Shown piece after piece: positions 27,119 through 39,021 of a stretch of DNA of 64,000 nt; positions within the stretch are counted from its first letter, which is position 1; every line of letters begins with the position of its first letter. The notes beneath the pieces were generated by a model that made no database searches, had not been told where the DNA came from, and saw nothing but the letters and a program-made list of their open reading frames with translations. Made by a program: the position numbers and the translations under genes. The stretch is from positions 1,073,374 to 1,137,373 of the forward strand of contig NW_003314282.1 of assembly GCF_000143415.4 (NCBI RefSeq), in the 5' to 3' direction. The DNA is from Selaginella moellendorffii (Eukaryota > Plantae > Lycopodiophyta).

Positions 27119-27652
27119 ATGGCGAGGGCAAAGCACGCAGCCACTGCACCGAAGGTAGCCAAGTCACAGAGAGACAAGAAAAATGGCTGGATTGAGCCAA
27201 AGGTTACAGTATCTAGTGAAAAGGCCTTGTCCTCATCTCTGGTTAACAAGGACAATGAGATTGTTGGCAAGAAGAAGACTGACGATTTCGTGCTACTCTC
27301 GAATCCATGGTCGGTGCTTAGAACGAACATCGATATGGATAGCAAGAAACAAGCGTCAATCGCTCATGAAGTGATCATAAAAAAGGACAAGCAAAACTCA
27401 GCAGCGCCACCATCGAAGAATGGCGAGCCGGATCATGACAATTTGAAGAGAAAGAAGAAGCGCTCTAAGATATCATCAAACGCTGCCCTGGAGAACAAGG
27501 ATGAATCTGATGCCAGGAAAATCGAATTGGAACGTGAGGAAGTGGTCAAGAAAACTCCCTTCAAAGAAGAAAGAGTGGTCGATCAGAGCTCGGGACTCTT
27601 GATCATAGTGACTCTTTTAGTTATTGCTATCTTGTTGTTCATGCTAATGTGA
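27119..27652 (+). CDS. Unknown Lys/Glu-rich protein with a hydrophobic C-terminus; may splice to a TM-coding exon ending near 27863
   Basis: 177-aa ORF with a basic KRKKKR tract, divergent from the protease gene. No family recognised. Confidence 0.45.
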   Translation: MARAKHAATAPKVAKSQRDKKNGWIEPKVTVSSEKALSSSLVNKDNEIVGKKKTDDFVLLSNPWSVLRTNIDMDSKKQASIAHEVIIKKDKQNSAAPPSKNGEPDHDNLKRKKKRSKISSNAALENKDESDARKIELEREEVVKKTPFKEERVVDQSSGLLIIVTLLVIAILLFMLM

Positions 27653-29759
27653 AACAAACCATTACAATGGTTTTCCTTTTGATAGACAAGGTTAAGTGCA
27701 TCCAACGGCCACGATTGCTTTAGGGTTCTTCGTTGCACGCTCAGCCCCATCACACCAGGACGATGCAGCTGGCTGTGGCACTGCGGCTAATCTTTGCGGG
27801 AATGATCTGGTGCCTGGCATACGCCGTCGTCGCCGCGATCGCTGCCGCTACCGTCTTCCACTAAACCCATGGGTAAACGAATTCTAGGGTCGATTCGATC
27901 GGGTCTAGGGAAATTTCGATCAAGGAGCGTATTGCGATCGACATTGCGGCCGGATTGTCCTCTCGCGCATCCAAATCGAGCGAAATTCCGGGCTTGACAC
28001 TTCGCGTCTAGCTAGAGCCAAGGCAATCGTACGGTGGAAGGCCTACGATGGACGGCATCCAGGCATCCAAGCAAAAGAACCTATGGATGAAACCCAGGTG
28101 GCGGAAGAAGATTCTCTCTTGGAGATTCCCGGGCTCTCACAGTTTCTACAAAGGTGGTGGTGGTGGTGGTGGTGATGCCGGGACCAAGAAGAAGATTCTC
28201 TCATGGAGATTCCCAGTCTGAGCGAGGGGCTATTACTCGATTTCTAGGTGGTGGACTCCCTTTGTTCGTGTGTGTGGATTGATGGACGGATGATTCCCCA
28301 CCAGCACAACACAGGGTCAAATACTTTGCTTTCGCAGCTTTCCTTTTCCTCTTTCTTGCTTGCATGCAAGGCCGCGGCTTTGACCCCTCTCTCAACCCCA
28401 ATATATGCCCAATCCATGGCGAAGTGACGCGAAGAAGCAGATCGAGAGGGATTTAACAAGTCGTGCCTGTGCTTTGGAGGCCCCACGATACAAAGCCGAA
28501 CGCTGCTTTAGACGTGTGGAGTTATATGTGTAATGGGCGACAGACGTGACTTTTAAGTTAGTTTTTGGCAAATGTATGAAACTGTTTTGCTCTTAATTGT
28601 TCCTTGCTAAGCTTGGCTAGGCATTCTGTTTTCACAAAGTTTGGATCTACATCTCTTTGGAGACAATGTCACAGGCCCCGATGAAGGTGGCGGGATTCCT
28701 TTGGAAAAAGCATATGATCCCGTCCATCTTTTCTGATTTATAGAGGCGTGACACTTGGAAAAAGTTGCATCATTCTGTTCACTCTTATGCATTTCATCAT
28801 GACCAGAGGGGCGAATCTCTTGCGGCATCTTCCCATACATGCAAATTGCCTAATTGTTGGTGATAAACATGCTGTTTTCTACTCTAAACCCCCGTCACGT
28901 ACGTACATGGGGATTGCAGACGCAAAAGAAAAAACCCTAGTACATTTTCTATGCAAAAGCTTCCGCTCCACGTACCTGCGAATGATGCCCACCACCACGC
29001 ACCGCATTTCCATGAGACCACTCATGCTTAACGCTAATAAACAATCCATCCCGATCTTAACCAACTCTCAAGTACATAATCTAGCAGCTTAGCCCTAAAT
29101 CCGGACTCTTACATCACCACTCCATCACCTTCTTAGCTGCCTAAGTATGAGCCAGATTCCTCAAACAGGAAAGTTACGTACACGTACATGCAAAAACGAG
29201 AGAGATTTTTATAAAAATATAAAGAAAAAAGAAAAATGTTGGGCTGTGTTGATTGAGAGGACCTTCATTCTGATTCTCGCTGCACCTGCACCAACAAAAG
29301 CTTCTTTTGCAAACAATGCTGTAAGCTTTTGTCCCTCTGCACAGTGCAAGTTTTTCTATTAGGGCTCGCCCATGTCGTGTGTCTTGTTTACTTAAGGTAG
29401 CGGCCGGGGATTCATTTCCTAGTCGCTCGCGTCAGCGTGACAGGGCAAAACAGCAGCACAGATTAACAAACAAAAAAGAGAAAAATAAAAAAAGTGCTTT
29501 CACACATAAAAAGGAGCACGCACGCACAACTACAGCCCCCATCCCCGTCGATCCAACACTACGTTCCTATGTAATGTGTGGTTTAATAATGCCCACCATG
29601 GGCTATGCTTGTAAAAGCAAACAATTCTATCATATTTGGAGACTACGTTCTTTCATGGTTTTGGAGACGCGTTGAAATTTCGTCTAGTAGAGGAGCCCAT
29701 GCTTTACCAGTGGAGGCGCGGGATATACCTTCCGTACGATGGACCACGAATGATTTTGC

Positions 29760-29860
29760 CATGCAAACGCATGCATGCATGGCCATTGGCCATCGCTTCG
29801 TCGGGCGGGCGCGCATGGCATGGGTGCTTGATGGGACATGGCATGCATGCATGCATGGGG
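29760..29860. promoter_or_regulatory. Cluster of RY (CATGCA) elements upstream of the LAX2-like gene
   Basis: gcatgcatgcatgg and gcatgcatgcatgcatgg arrays, with further CATGCA and ACGT motifs across 28360-30100. Confidence 0.4.
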
Positions 29861-31307
29861 CCGGGACCATTCCATACTGCCAGGTATTGGACAGGCGCGC
29901 GAAATGATGATGGCACGCGTGCACCCCCCCGATCTGTGTGCTAGTGGATTTACTTACCTTGGCAATTTCACGCAGTTTTTACCTCGTATTACCACGCATT
30001 TTCTACCGGGTTATACGTATGTGAGTGCACGCGCACACATGAAGGCATCATGGAGATATGGCCAGCCAGCCCTGCAAAACATGCCCATGTAACTCCCATG
30101 ATGGCCATTTGCCAGCATGTCCTCTCCAATGGGTGCGTACGGGGCCGTACCACGGGAGCGTGCCTCGGTATGAGAGCTTCCAACTGACCACCAGGGCGGC
30201 CACGGTAAGTTACGCTGGGTGTCACATTCCACGGAATGTAGCTGTCGGCGGCGGACCCCAAATCCGGAATGTTGGGGGACGTGCCATTCTGGTAATCGAC
30301 GGTCACTACGTAGTATGGGCTTGCCCATAGAGCACACGAAGGAGAGAGAGATAGAAGAGAGTGCGGTGGGGTTTTTTCTTTTCTTTTGTTACCTAGCTAT
30401 GGCACCCAGAACGACGACGCGACTCGACAGAGGGATTCTTCTCCGATAGCCGTGCAAGATCGAGCGCCCGGGCGGCGCCTCGCCTCGATCGATCATTCGG
30501 TCTCTCCATCGGCATCGATCGGCTTCTTTTCTCTCGCGATCGATCGCGTTCTTGTTTTCCTCTCTCTCTCTCTCTCTCTCGTGAAATCTCCCGTTCTTGG
30601 CGCCGATCTTCCTTGTTTTCTGCGAAATATCGAGCTGGCTAACGCTCGATCTCCCGGAATTGGCCGAAATTCTCCGAGTCTTTGTCATCTCACTCACGCT
30701 ACTTCGACAGCTCGAGATTTTTGGTTCTTCTTTCCTCTCTTTCTTGCCAGGGATCTCAGTCTTCTCTCTCGCAGCTCCTGAGTGACTCCAAATCGAGATT
30801 GCAGAGAGAGCGCTGGATCATTCTCTTATGAGACGACAACGCTCAGTTCATCAAGGGTTGACAAGCCTCTCTGATAATGTGAGTCGCAATCGCTGTTTTG
30901 GATATTTTCTTTGCTCCTCGATTGTGACTGGCAACCTGATCCGCGCTGCTCTGTGGTGTCGAACAATCCAGAGCATCATAGTTTCCTTGCTTCCTTGCAT
31001 CACTCCTGCCGAATTCTCTGCTAGAGCTCTAGTGATGATCATCATCTAGAAAATCTCTCCTAGAGTCATGATCGAGTAGAACGCGCGAGCATTGCATGGC
31101 ACGGCAGCATTCATCTCCTTTTATCGGAATCTCGGGCTCGTGACTAACTGATGCTGCTACTGCAGGCTGAATCACGATCGAGATAGAAAGAGACGTCAAC
31201 AATTTCGTGCGCTGAGAGGAGACTTCACACGCCACGATCGCAAGGACGAGGAGAGCCAAGAGCTAGCGCTGCGTGCCTCCTCGTTCCATCGTAAGTATGA
31301 GCAGATA

Positions 31308-34300
31308 ATGAGCTACACACAAGACGATCTACATGGTTGCGGTCGCTTGGGCAAAGTAACAGCGGACTCTCTCAAGGAAGAAGAAGCTAGCTTGATCCGG
31401 AAGAGAAAAGCAGCATGGAATTCATGGCCATGGAGCAACTTTGACGGCGGTGATGGTGCACAAGGATCGAGACCATACAGCAGTGTCAACAAAAAATTCA
31501 AGCAAGTAGAAGCAGCAAGGAGCTCGTCAAGTCCTGGATCTAACAGCTCGGAGATCACCACCGATCAGTACATGGCAGCAGAGAGCTCCAAGTCGAGCTG
31601 CTTTGATGATGCTTGCACACTAGCGACCACCGCCGGGCAGGGTTCCAGGAATTTAGTAGGCGATCAGGGAGGAGGAGGGGAATTAGGAGCTTCCACTTTG
31701 GACCCAGCTCAAGCTTACAAAACCTTCCGGGACGTGGACTTCCATCACGGTGGCTCTCTATCACTCGTAACGCAGCAGTCCCAGCAGGCGAGAGAGAAGC
31801 TCTTCCCTGGTTTCAGTTCCAGGGAAGAAGGCCAGCAGTTTATATCTCAGACTGTGGTGAAGGCCGAGGATCGCGAAGCTATAGCTCGAGGGGAGGAGTT
31901 CCGTCACGACAGCAGCGCCAGTAGACAACGGGCAGGGGAAGGCATTGATTACTACAACGATTCATGGCTCCAACTGGGACTCGGTCCCAGCAGCAGTGGC
32001 GCCACTCCAACAAAGGCCCGACAGGAGATTGCGAGCCCGGAAGTGAGCGAATATCCGGGGGATGATCAAGACTTCGAGGCTCCTGGTGATGTCTCGATAC
32101 AACCGAAACCAGTGCTGCATTTATTTCCCTCGGAGTCGGTTCATCAGATACCGGAGTACAGTCCCCACAGTCCTCTGAGAATGCCGTCATCACAGTTTGC
32201 TGGTCATGGCGAAACTTCTTCCAGCAGCGACTTCTACTTTGGGGGAGGAGCTCATGTACCTCCCGTGAGATTTGACAGCAGAGAGGCGGCTTACAGGGAA
32301 CACGAGGTCGCCGGTTTGCTCAAGTCGATGAAAGAAGCTCCCAGCACGCAGCTGATGACATCTTATAGCACCAGCAATGCAGCCACTCCTTATGCTGCGA
32401 CCACCACCGATGCTGCGAGATATATCGATCAGCAGCGACGGCTGAGTATGTTTGCGGAGTCGCTGGTCCCCTACCACGATCAAAGGGCGGCATCGCTTTC
32501 GGATCCACCGGTGCATCACGGAGGTTATGGCGGTGATGGCAGTTTTCCGAGCTCCCAGCTCGGTCAGTTCGAGGATAGGCGCTTCCTTTGCGGAAGCTAT
32601 AATGCCCCGGCTACTGCAACGTTGAGTCACGGGAAAAGATCGCACCAGGACGTTGCTATCTCCTGGAAGACCGAAGGCCTTCCTCTATTTGCTCCGGCGC
32701 GACCAGACAGCGTCTACGTTCCTACGCCATCGCCATTCCATGCGACGTCTCGGTTGCTGCCCAGCCAGCCACCTCATGAAGACTGGCAAGCTTTGATAAA
32801 GAGGCTTGGTGGCAGCATGCAAATTCAGTCGCTTTTCCCAAAAGCTGCCGAGGAGGACTTGCAGCAGCAGCAGCAGCAGCGCTCGAGAAGCAACTTGCGG
32901 GACCTTCAAGAGCAGTGGAGCAACCAGGAGATGAAACCAGCGGCCTGGTCAAGGCATCACGTCCTGGGTGGCCAGGAAATGATGAAAACCATGCCACCAT
33001 TCAACTTTCCTGCGTTTGAGGGGCGGGTGCCGGCACCACCGAACGTCCAACAAGGCTGGCACTCGCATTCTTCGGCAGCGAGTCTACCATTCTTCCAGCA
33101 GCTGGCTGCTGCGGATGGGTCATCCTCGAGGGAGCGACGGAATTTCTCTCCACCGGTCGTCAGAGACCACGACCTCTGGTTCTTCCTACGTGCTGGCGAG
33201 AATCAGTAACTTCTACTCCCCCCCACCACTTTACTTTGTGCTCAGATAAAGCTCGGTATACTGATAATTCCCCTACAGGGACAGCGAGCAGTGGTTGCCA
33301 CAAGTTCCCAAAGGCTACCTGCGGGTCAAGTAAGTAAACAAGAGAAAGAAAAAGAGAGAGGAGAGAGAAAAGCTGTGGACACGACTTCACGCAGCATGGC
33401 GTGTGTCGCAGAGGACCGAAATTTTTTAGGATGTACGCGATGGTGGTGCTAATTAGCCTTTTTGTTGGGGGGTGGCTTTGTTGCAGGGATGGAGCGGTAC
33501 CTGTTTCCCATGTCAAGAAGTACTTGGTGCACAAGCTGGGATTATCGTGCGAGTCAGAGGTACGCTCGCCTACTTTATTTTCGTGTCTGACCAGGTCGTC
33601 CATTTCTTCGTCACGTCTAGGCAGAGTCTAGCGCATACTTCTTAGTCATTTGACCAGAGAGAGAGAGAGAGAGAGAGAGAGTGAGAGATCCACACTCGAA
33701 GCATGGCAAGCTCCCCTCACACGTATCTGGCGTGATAGTTGCATTGCATGCTCGTCACTTCTCTCAGACACTCCAGTCTCTCGTCGTCGTCAGGGAGAGT
33801 CCTTCATCTGGGAAATGAATGAAACTCTCTTCTCTTCCCCCATTCACTCACTGTGCTGCCTAACTGCGCAAAAGTAGAGCTGTCCTGTCCTGGTATGAGT
33901 CACAAAACAGCGAGCCCAGTACACGTACGTCCTGCTTGCAGGGGGTGGTCTCGCTTGTTCCTTCCCGATTTCATTCCTTTCATATCTTCTGACCCTTAAA
34001 ATGATGGTATATAGGAAGCGCATTTAGTTGCATCATGAATCTCCTCAGTCTGCCTCTCTGCCTGTGTGTGTGTACTGCTTGCAACTTTTAAGCTTTCCTC
34101 ACTTCCTCACTCTCCTCTTTTTTTTTTCTTTTGTTTTGTTTTGTTTTTTGTTTTGCTTTTGCTTCTTCTTCTTCTTCTCTGCTGATGGCATTGCTTTATG
34201 CGCGTTGTCTTGTTGTGTTTGTGTTTGGGTACCTCCGAGTATAGGTGGAGATCTCATGCAGAGGCCAGCTACTGCAGCCGGGCTTGTCGCTACAGCATGT

Positions 34301-34553
34301 GCGTGATGTTATTTGGCACTCGAGTGCGGCAGCAGCAGAAGCAGGAGCAGCAGCAGATGAGCAAAGCCCAGCATCAATGACTGCAACAACACCAACAGCA
34401 ACAACAACATCAGGAGGAATTATATCATCATCAGCCACAACTGCTACACCATCACCACCTCCTCCTTCAGGCAGGAGCATTGTCATGGAGCTGAATTACA
34501 GGAGACAACCACACCAATTTGGGCCACCACCACCACCACTCCCAACATCATGA
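31308..34553 (+). CDS. LAX PANICLE2-like protein with a C-terminal RAWUL (BMI1/DRIP-type) domain and no RING; 4 exons: 31308-33205, 33279-33329, 33487-33559, 34245-34553
   Basis: Spliced product LWFFLRAGENQDSEQWLPQVPKGYLRVKDGAVPVSHVKKYLVHKLGLSCESEVEISCRGQLL..LQHVRDVIW..VMELNYRR; N-terminal WLQLGLG; GT-AG introns in phase. Confidence 0.88.
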
Positions 34554-34658
34554 AGAAGAGCAGCAGCAAAAAACTTCACAGCAAACATCTCACAAGACAA
34601 ACAGAGACACCATCTGTAATTTTGGTCACAATGATTTTCAAAAAATGGAAGAGAATAT

Positions 34659-35873
34659 TCACATTGTTATGCTGTGGTGGAGCAGGAAGTCAAACACGTG
34701 CTTGAGGATGGCCGGCCAGTTTGAGACTATCAAACTCGAAAGCATGGCACTCAATAGCACGAGCGTGACGGCGCTTCTGCCGCGTGAAGGCGATATTGCT
34801 CGAAAGTGGTGGGACTTGCTCATCGCGTTAGTGGTACTCCCTGTTAGAATCTCTTTCGTGCTTTAGTAAATGGTTGACTCTCGTTTTCTTTCCCAGCGAT
34901 CAATCACAGCGATGCGAAAGATGCTAGAGCTTACCTGTGTGCTTCTCCTCGAGCTCCGTCGCCGCGTCTTTGAGCTTCTGTGCTTTCTCCGCAGCTCGAG
35001 AGGTTGCGTCGGCTGCGGCCTTGACGTCGGGTTCTCCACCGGCTTTTGTCTTGGGCTTGGTTGGATCCGCAGCTCCTTGCAGGCTGTCAATGGCGGTGCC
35101 GATGTCCGAACGCATAGAGTCCGCTGTGGCTTCCACCTATGCTTCCAACAGTTGAAGCTTAGAATACTTGGAAGGTTGGAGCAAAGCAAATGAGCGTGCT
35201 CACCTTGTCCATGAGTTCACGGGTGTCTCTTGCGTCATCTGCGATCGACTCGGCCACTCTCTCCACAACTCCTGCCACTTGCTCTATTGCTTCTGCAATG
35301 CCGCTCACAGTTTCTGCTGCGTCGTCTATTTGATCTGTGCAGCAGTGCACAAAATTCTTACTGTTAGCATGGAACAATAAGAAAGCAACGTTAATACCTT
35401 CCACTTTATCGATAATCTGTTTCTCCTTTTTTATAAATCCCAGGATGAGGGCCGGAATTCTTATCAGAAAACCCAACACATCCAATCTGCAGAATTGGTT
35501 AAATAAAAGAGCACCCAAAATGACAATTCTCACATATTCAAGGAGAAAAAGGACTTCGAAACTGGGCCATCTGGATCGTTACTGTTTCATCACAATTCAC
35601 GAGAATTTGTTTTCGCAGAGGAAAAGATCCGAAAGCTTACCTCGCTCTGGCGATGATATTGGAGCGCCTTGCGGAAGAGAAGCGAGAGATTTGTTCCGCC
35701 GGGAAGGATGAGTAGAGCTTCAGAGCAACCAAATCCTGTTGCCTTCTCGTAGAAATTCTGGATCCCGCCCTCGCGCTCAAGTGATTGTTGATTGATAGAA
35801 CCTGGTAGCCGCGTCGTTCTGCCAGAGGATTGAAACGTAGTCCTGGAAAAGCGATATCAGAAACCGTAGCCAT
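34659..35873 (-). CDS. Gene X copy 1: uncharacterised, probably plastid-targeted membrane protein with an acidic amphipathic helix
   Basis: Transit-peptide-like MATVSDIAFPGLRFNP.., hydrophobic LGFLIRIPALILGF, IDDAAETVSGIAEAIEQVAGVVERVAES, and an in-phase last exon GSTTNAMSKS..VTLVLLSAMLSSLIV..HHSITM*. Confidence 0.7.
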
Positions 35874-36198
35874 TCTTGAATCCAGATCCAAGCTGCTCGA
35901 CCTCCGCTTAAGAAGCCCTCGAAACGAAACTTCAAAGTCAGCACTTTCCGAAGCTTCCTAACACAATCGAGACTTGGCAAAAACGTGAGCAAAAGAAACA
36001 ACAAAGCGTGAACTAAACGGCTTGTTTTACGTCGTGGATCCGTTTCCAACTAGTATACACCTATTCCAATTCACGTGCAGTGTTAATATCCTATCAAGGA
36101 AAACAGAAAAGCGTTCAAGAAACGAAAACGAGTGAAAACTCACGTACAAGCCAGAGCCATCGCGAAGCATTCCTGCGCATGTGCATCTCGTTTTTTAG

Positions 36199-37367
36199 CT
36201 ATTGGCTGCTGTGCCAGCCTTTCGAGCACGGCGGGATCTCCAGGAACTCGTCAAACTCCTTCACATGAACATCACAGCAGGCCCACTAGCAAGAAAAAAA
36301 CAAGACAGAAAAAAACGCGTCATAGGATTTGGAATGGATAGACTAGACAAACTGAAGAGAAGCTTACTCCTCTCGATCTGTCGTGAAAAACAGCTGGGCC
36401 CGGATGATAACTGCAAGCAGTTTCATGGTTCTCTCGCTCGGTGAATGCCTTTCCGCAGCCTTTATTCCTGCACGTCCGCTTTGCATCCAAGTCAATCACG
36501 TTGGGGAGGGCCGCCGGGGCTGCTTGCACCGATGATTGCGAAGCTTCTTTCGCAGCTGGTTTTTCCACGTCTTTGCTGGGGGCTGCCGCTGGTCCACACG
36601 ATATCTTTGAGCCTGCGAAGAACAGATATTTTAATCTTAAGTTACGAGCATAAAGGACAAGTAAAGAGAGAAAAAAGATCAAAGCCATCGTCCGTGCGTG
36701 CGAATGAGCAAGACAAATGACAAAAGGTTTAAGGTTTGCTTACCGTGATCTGAACAGTAGAAACCTTGTTTGCATCTCAAGCAATTGGTGTTGCTGGCGT
36801 CTCCCTGTGGTAAAGTTTTGCTTGGCTTGGGAGCTGGCTTTGGTTTCTCTGATGTGTGCTTTCCGTGCGTACAGCTGATGGAACAAGGAGAAAATTTAGC
36901 CTCCAAAAAAAAAGAAGAACAAAAAAACAACGAACGAGAAAATGACCGCAGCAGAAATAAAAGAAAACAAAAAAGAAGAAAAACAAACACAAAAGAAGAA
37001 GGAAGAAGCAGGAGAAGGAAGTAGACGTACCCTGGAATGCTTAAGAACAAGCTAAAATCGTGACTCTGCTGTTTGCAGCAACTCCATTGTTTCCCACCGT
37101 CGTGAAACAGGGGCTGAAATCACCACAGCAATCCCAAACTGAAGAAATCAAGCACAGATTTGACAACACATACCGGCTGCTCGAAAAAATCCAGTTCCAG
37201 TTCCAATTTCATGCACAAGATCAAAATTGGAGGCAAAAATCTGTGAAAACGCGGGAAGAAAACCACAAACTTACGCCGGGATGGTAGCAGCAAGCCTTCT
37301 CATCGTCGTTTTGATCGGGAGAGAAGAGCGCGTCGCATCCAATCCGCTGGCATTGGACCTTCCCCAT
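36199..37367 (-). CDS. RAR1: RAR1 (CHORD-I, CCCH, CHORD-II; HSP90/SGT1 co-chaperone), intact, 5 exons
   Basis: MGKVQCQRIGCDALF..CCYHPG|PLFHDGGKQWSCCKQQSHDFSLFLSIPG|CTHGKH..CLRCKQGFYCSDHG|..CRNKGCGKAFTERENHETACSYHPGPAVFHDRSRG|WACCDVHVKEFDEFLEIPPCSKGWHSSQ*. Confidence 0.95.
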
Positions 37368-37447
37368 CGCTCCAGCTCCCACACACAAGCCCTAAAAATA
37401 ATTAACATTACAAGTTTGGCTTATACTATCACATTCTATCAGCAAAG

Positions 37448-37508
37448 ACTGACATAATGCGCCAGATTTCGGTTCTGGTCCGGAAGGGCATCGGTTCGAA
37501 TCCACAGC
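37448..37508 (+). pseudogene. tRNA-Leu pseudogene (D-arm deleted, anticodon now TCG)
   Basis: Aligns to 55737-55817 but lacks GGCCGAGTTGGTCT; retains GGTTCGAATCC. Confidence 0.85.
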
Positions 37509-37532
37509 ATTTTTTATGGTTTTTGGTTCTCT

Positions 37533-38125
37533 ATGGCTGTCTCTCCAGATGCCAATGGGAGTTTTCAAGTCCTTTGCGATTCATTCCAAGGTCATTGTTG
37601 TGAAATCTACAAGATGGTAGTGACCAGCCAAGCAGCGAGCCAGCATCGATAGAGCTCGAATTTTGGGGGCTAATAGCATCAAAACTCCAGCAATTTCCAA
37701 AGCTTTTTTCTTTGTGTGTGCTGTGAGCCCGATGGCAATGGGGATGTGAGTGTCAAGAGCGGTGAGAAGGTGCTCAGGAATGTGATGCACAAGAACAAGC
37801 TCGAGCTCTACAGTTTGTATGTGAGCTTATGAACAAAGTCAAGGGTGAAATTTGAAAAAAAAAATTCTTACTGAAGAGCAAGCTGATGAACTGTGGAGGA
37901 GGGGGTGGCAGCTGTGGAAATTGTATTGTGGAGATTTTAGAATGACAAGAGTTGGTAAGTGAAGTGAAGCAAGCCAGTGCTGAAAAGAAATATCTCAAAC
38001 AGGTAAAAGAGAATTTCAAAGCAGACAAGTTGAATAATTTATTACTTAAAACTTTCATAAGCCTGGTACTTTGGAGGCTAGCTTGTCAAACAATTCTCAG
38101 AGATAAGTCTGATGCTGGCAAGGTA
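37533..38125 (+). pseudogene. Ferredoxin-like (PnsB3 family) pseudogene, copy 1
   Basis: Aligns to 55845-56463 with deletions and a GGA>TGA stop. Confidence 0.88.
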
Positions 38126-39021
38126 AGAAAGTATTCTTTTGCCAAGTCAATTTAATTTTTTGTTTTTCATTTTTTTATATACATTAATTAGCATTTTGTT
38201 AATCATCATTCCCCAACTCTATAGTCTACACATAGTCAACAAAATGTCTCAATAAGATAATGCTGATATTTATACTAATGATATAAAATATATAGTTATG
38301 GAGCCATTTGCACCTGCGCTTTATATAAAAATATTTAAAAACATGTATTTAATTTTTGTGACTGCTACATTTGCACTTAAGTAGTTTTTAGGTTGTTTTA
38401 AACTTTAAGTATGCATTTTTAAGCATTTTCATTCCCACTTGCATAGGTTTTTGTGGTAAAAATTTAACGTAAAACACTAGTGGCTTCGCATCTGACATAC
38501 TTTAAAATGTCTTCAAAATAGCATTTGAACATGTTTTAAAATATTTTAAAATTTCAAATTCAAATCAAATTCAAATGCTAACCCTAAATTTCAATTTCAA
38601 ATTTCAAATATTAAACTTGAACATAGCAATCACGCAATTCTACGACGGCGCAAACATAGGAAATTGGTTAAGTTCTCTCAAACCTTTTATGCATCTTCCA
38701 GCCCACGCAAATCTTCTTATGGTTCTCCCTCAGCCATGATAGGATCCTCATAATCTTCAAAAATCTTTGCTTTCTTCAAGGCTTGAATATGTCTCTCCCA
38801 CGCCTTGATCTCGGCATTAATGTTTGTCTCACCAGCATCAATCAAGAAGTTGTGCAAGATGCAACAACCTTTGATGATGTTTGATAGATATTTCAGCTTG
38901 ATCCTTTGTTTTTTATCCAAACATCTAAATTTCATTTTTAGGAGTCCAAATGCTTGTTCAATAACAATCCAGGCCAAATGGTGTTGCTGGTTGTATTCTA
39001 CCTTAGTCACCGTCAATTGGG

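Noticed and set aside
34519-35193. Plus-strand ORFs repeated in each cassette copy
   Set aside because: Antisense shadows of gene X exons; the repetition reflects recent duplication.
37170-37180. Possible 3-nt micro-exon (ag|CCG|gt) in RAR1 intron 1
   Set aside because: Exons 1 and 2 already join to give YHPGPLFHDG, and the site is not conserved in copy 4.
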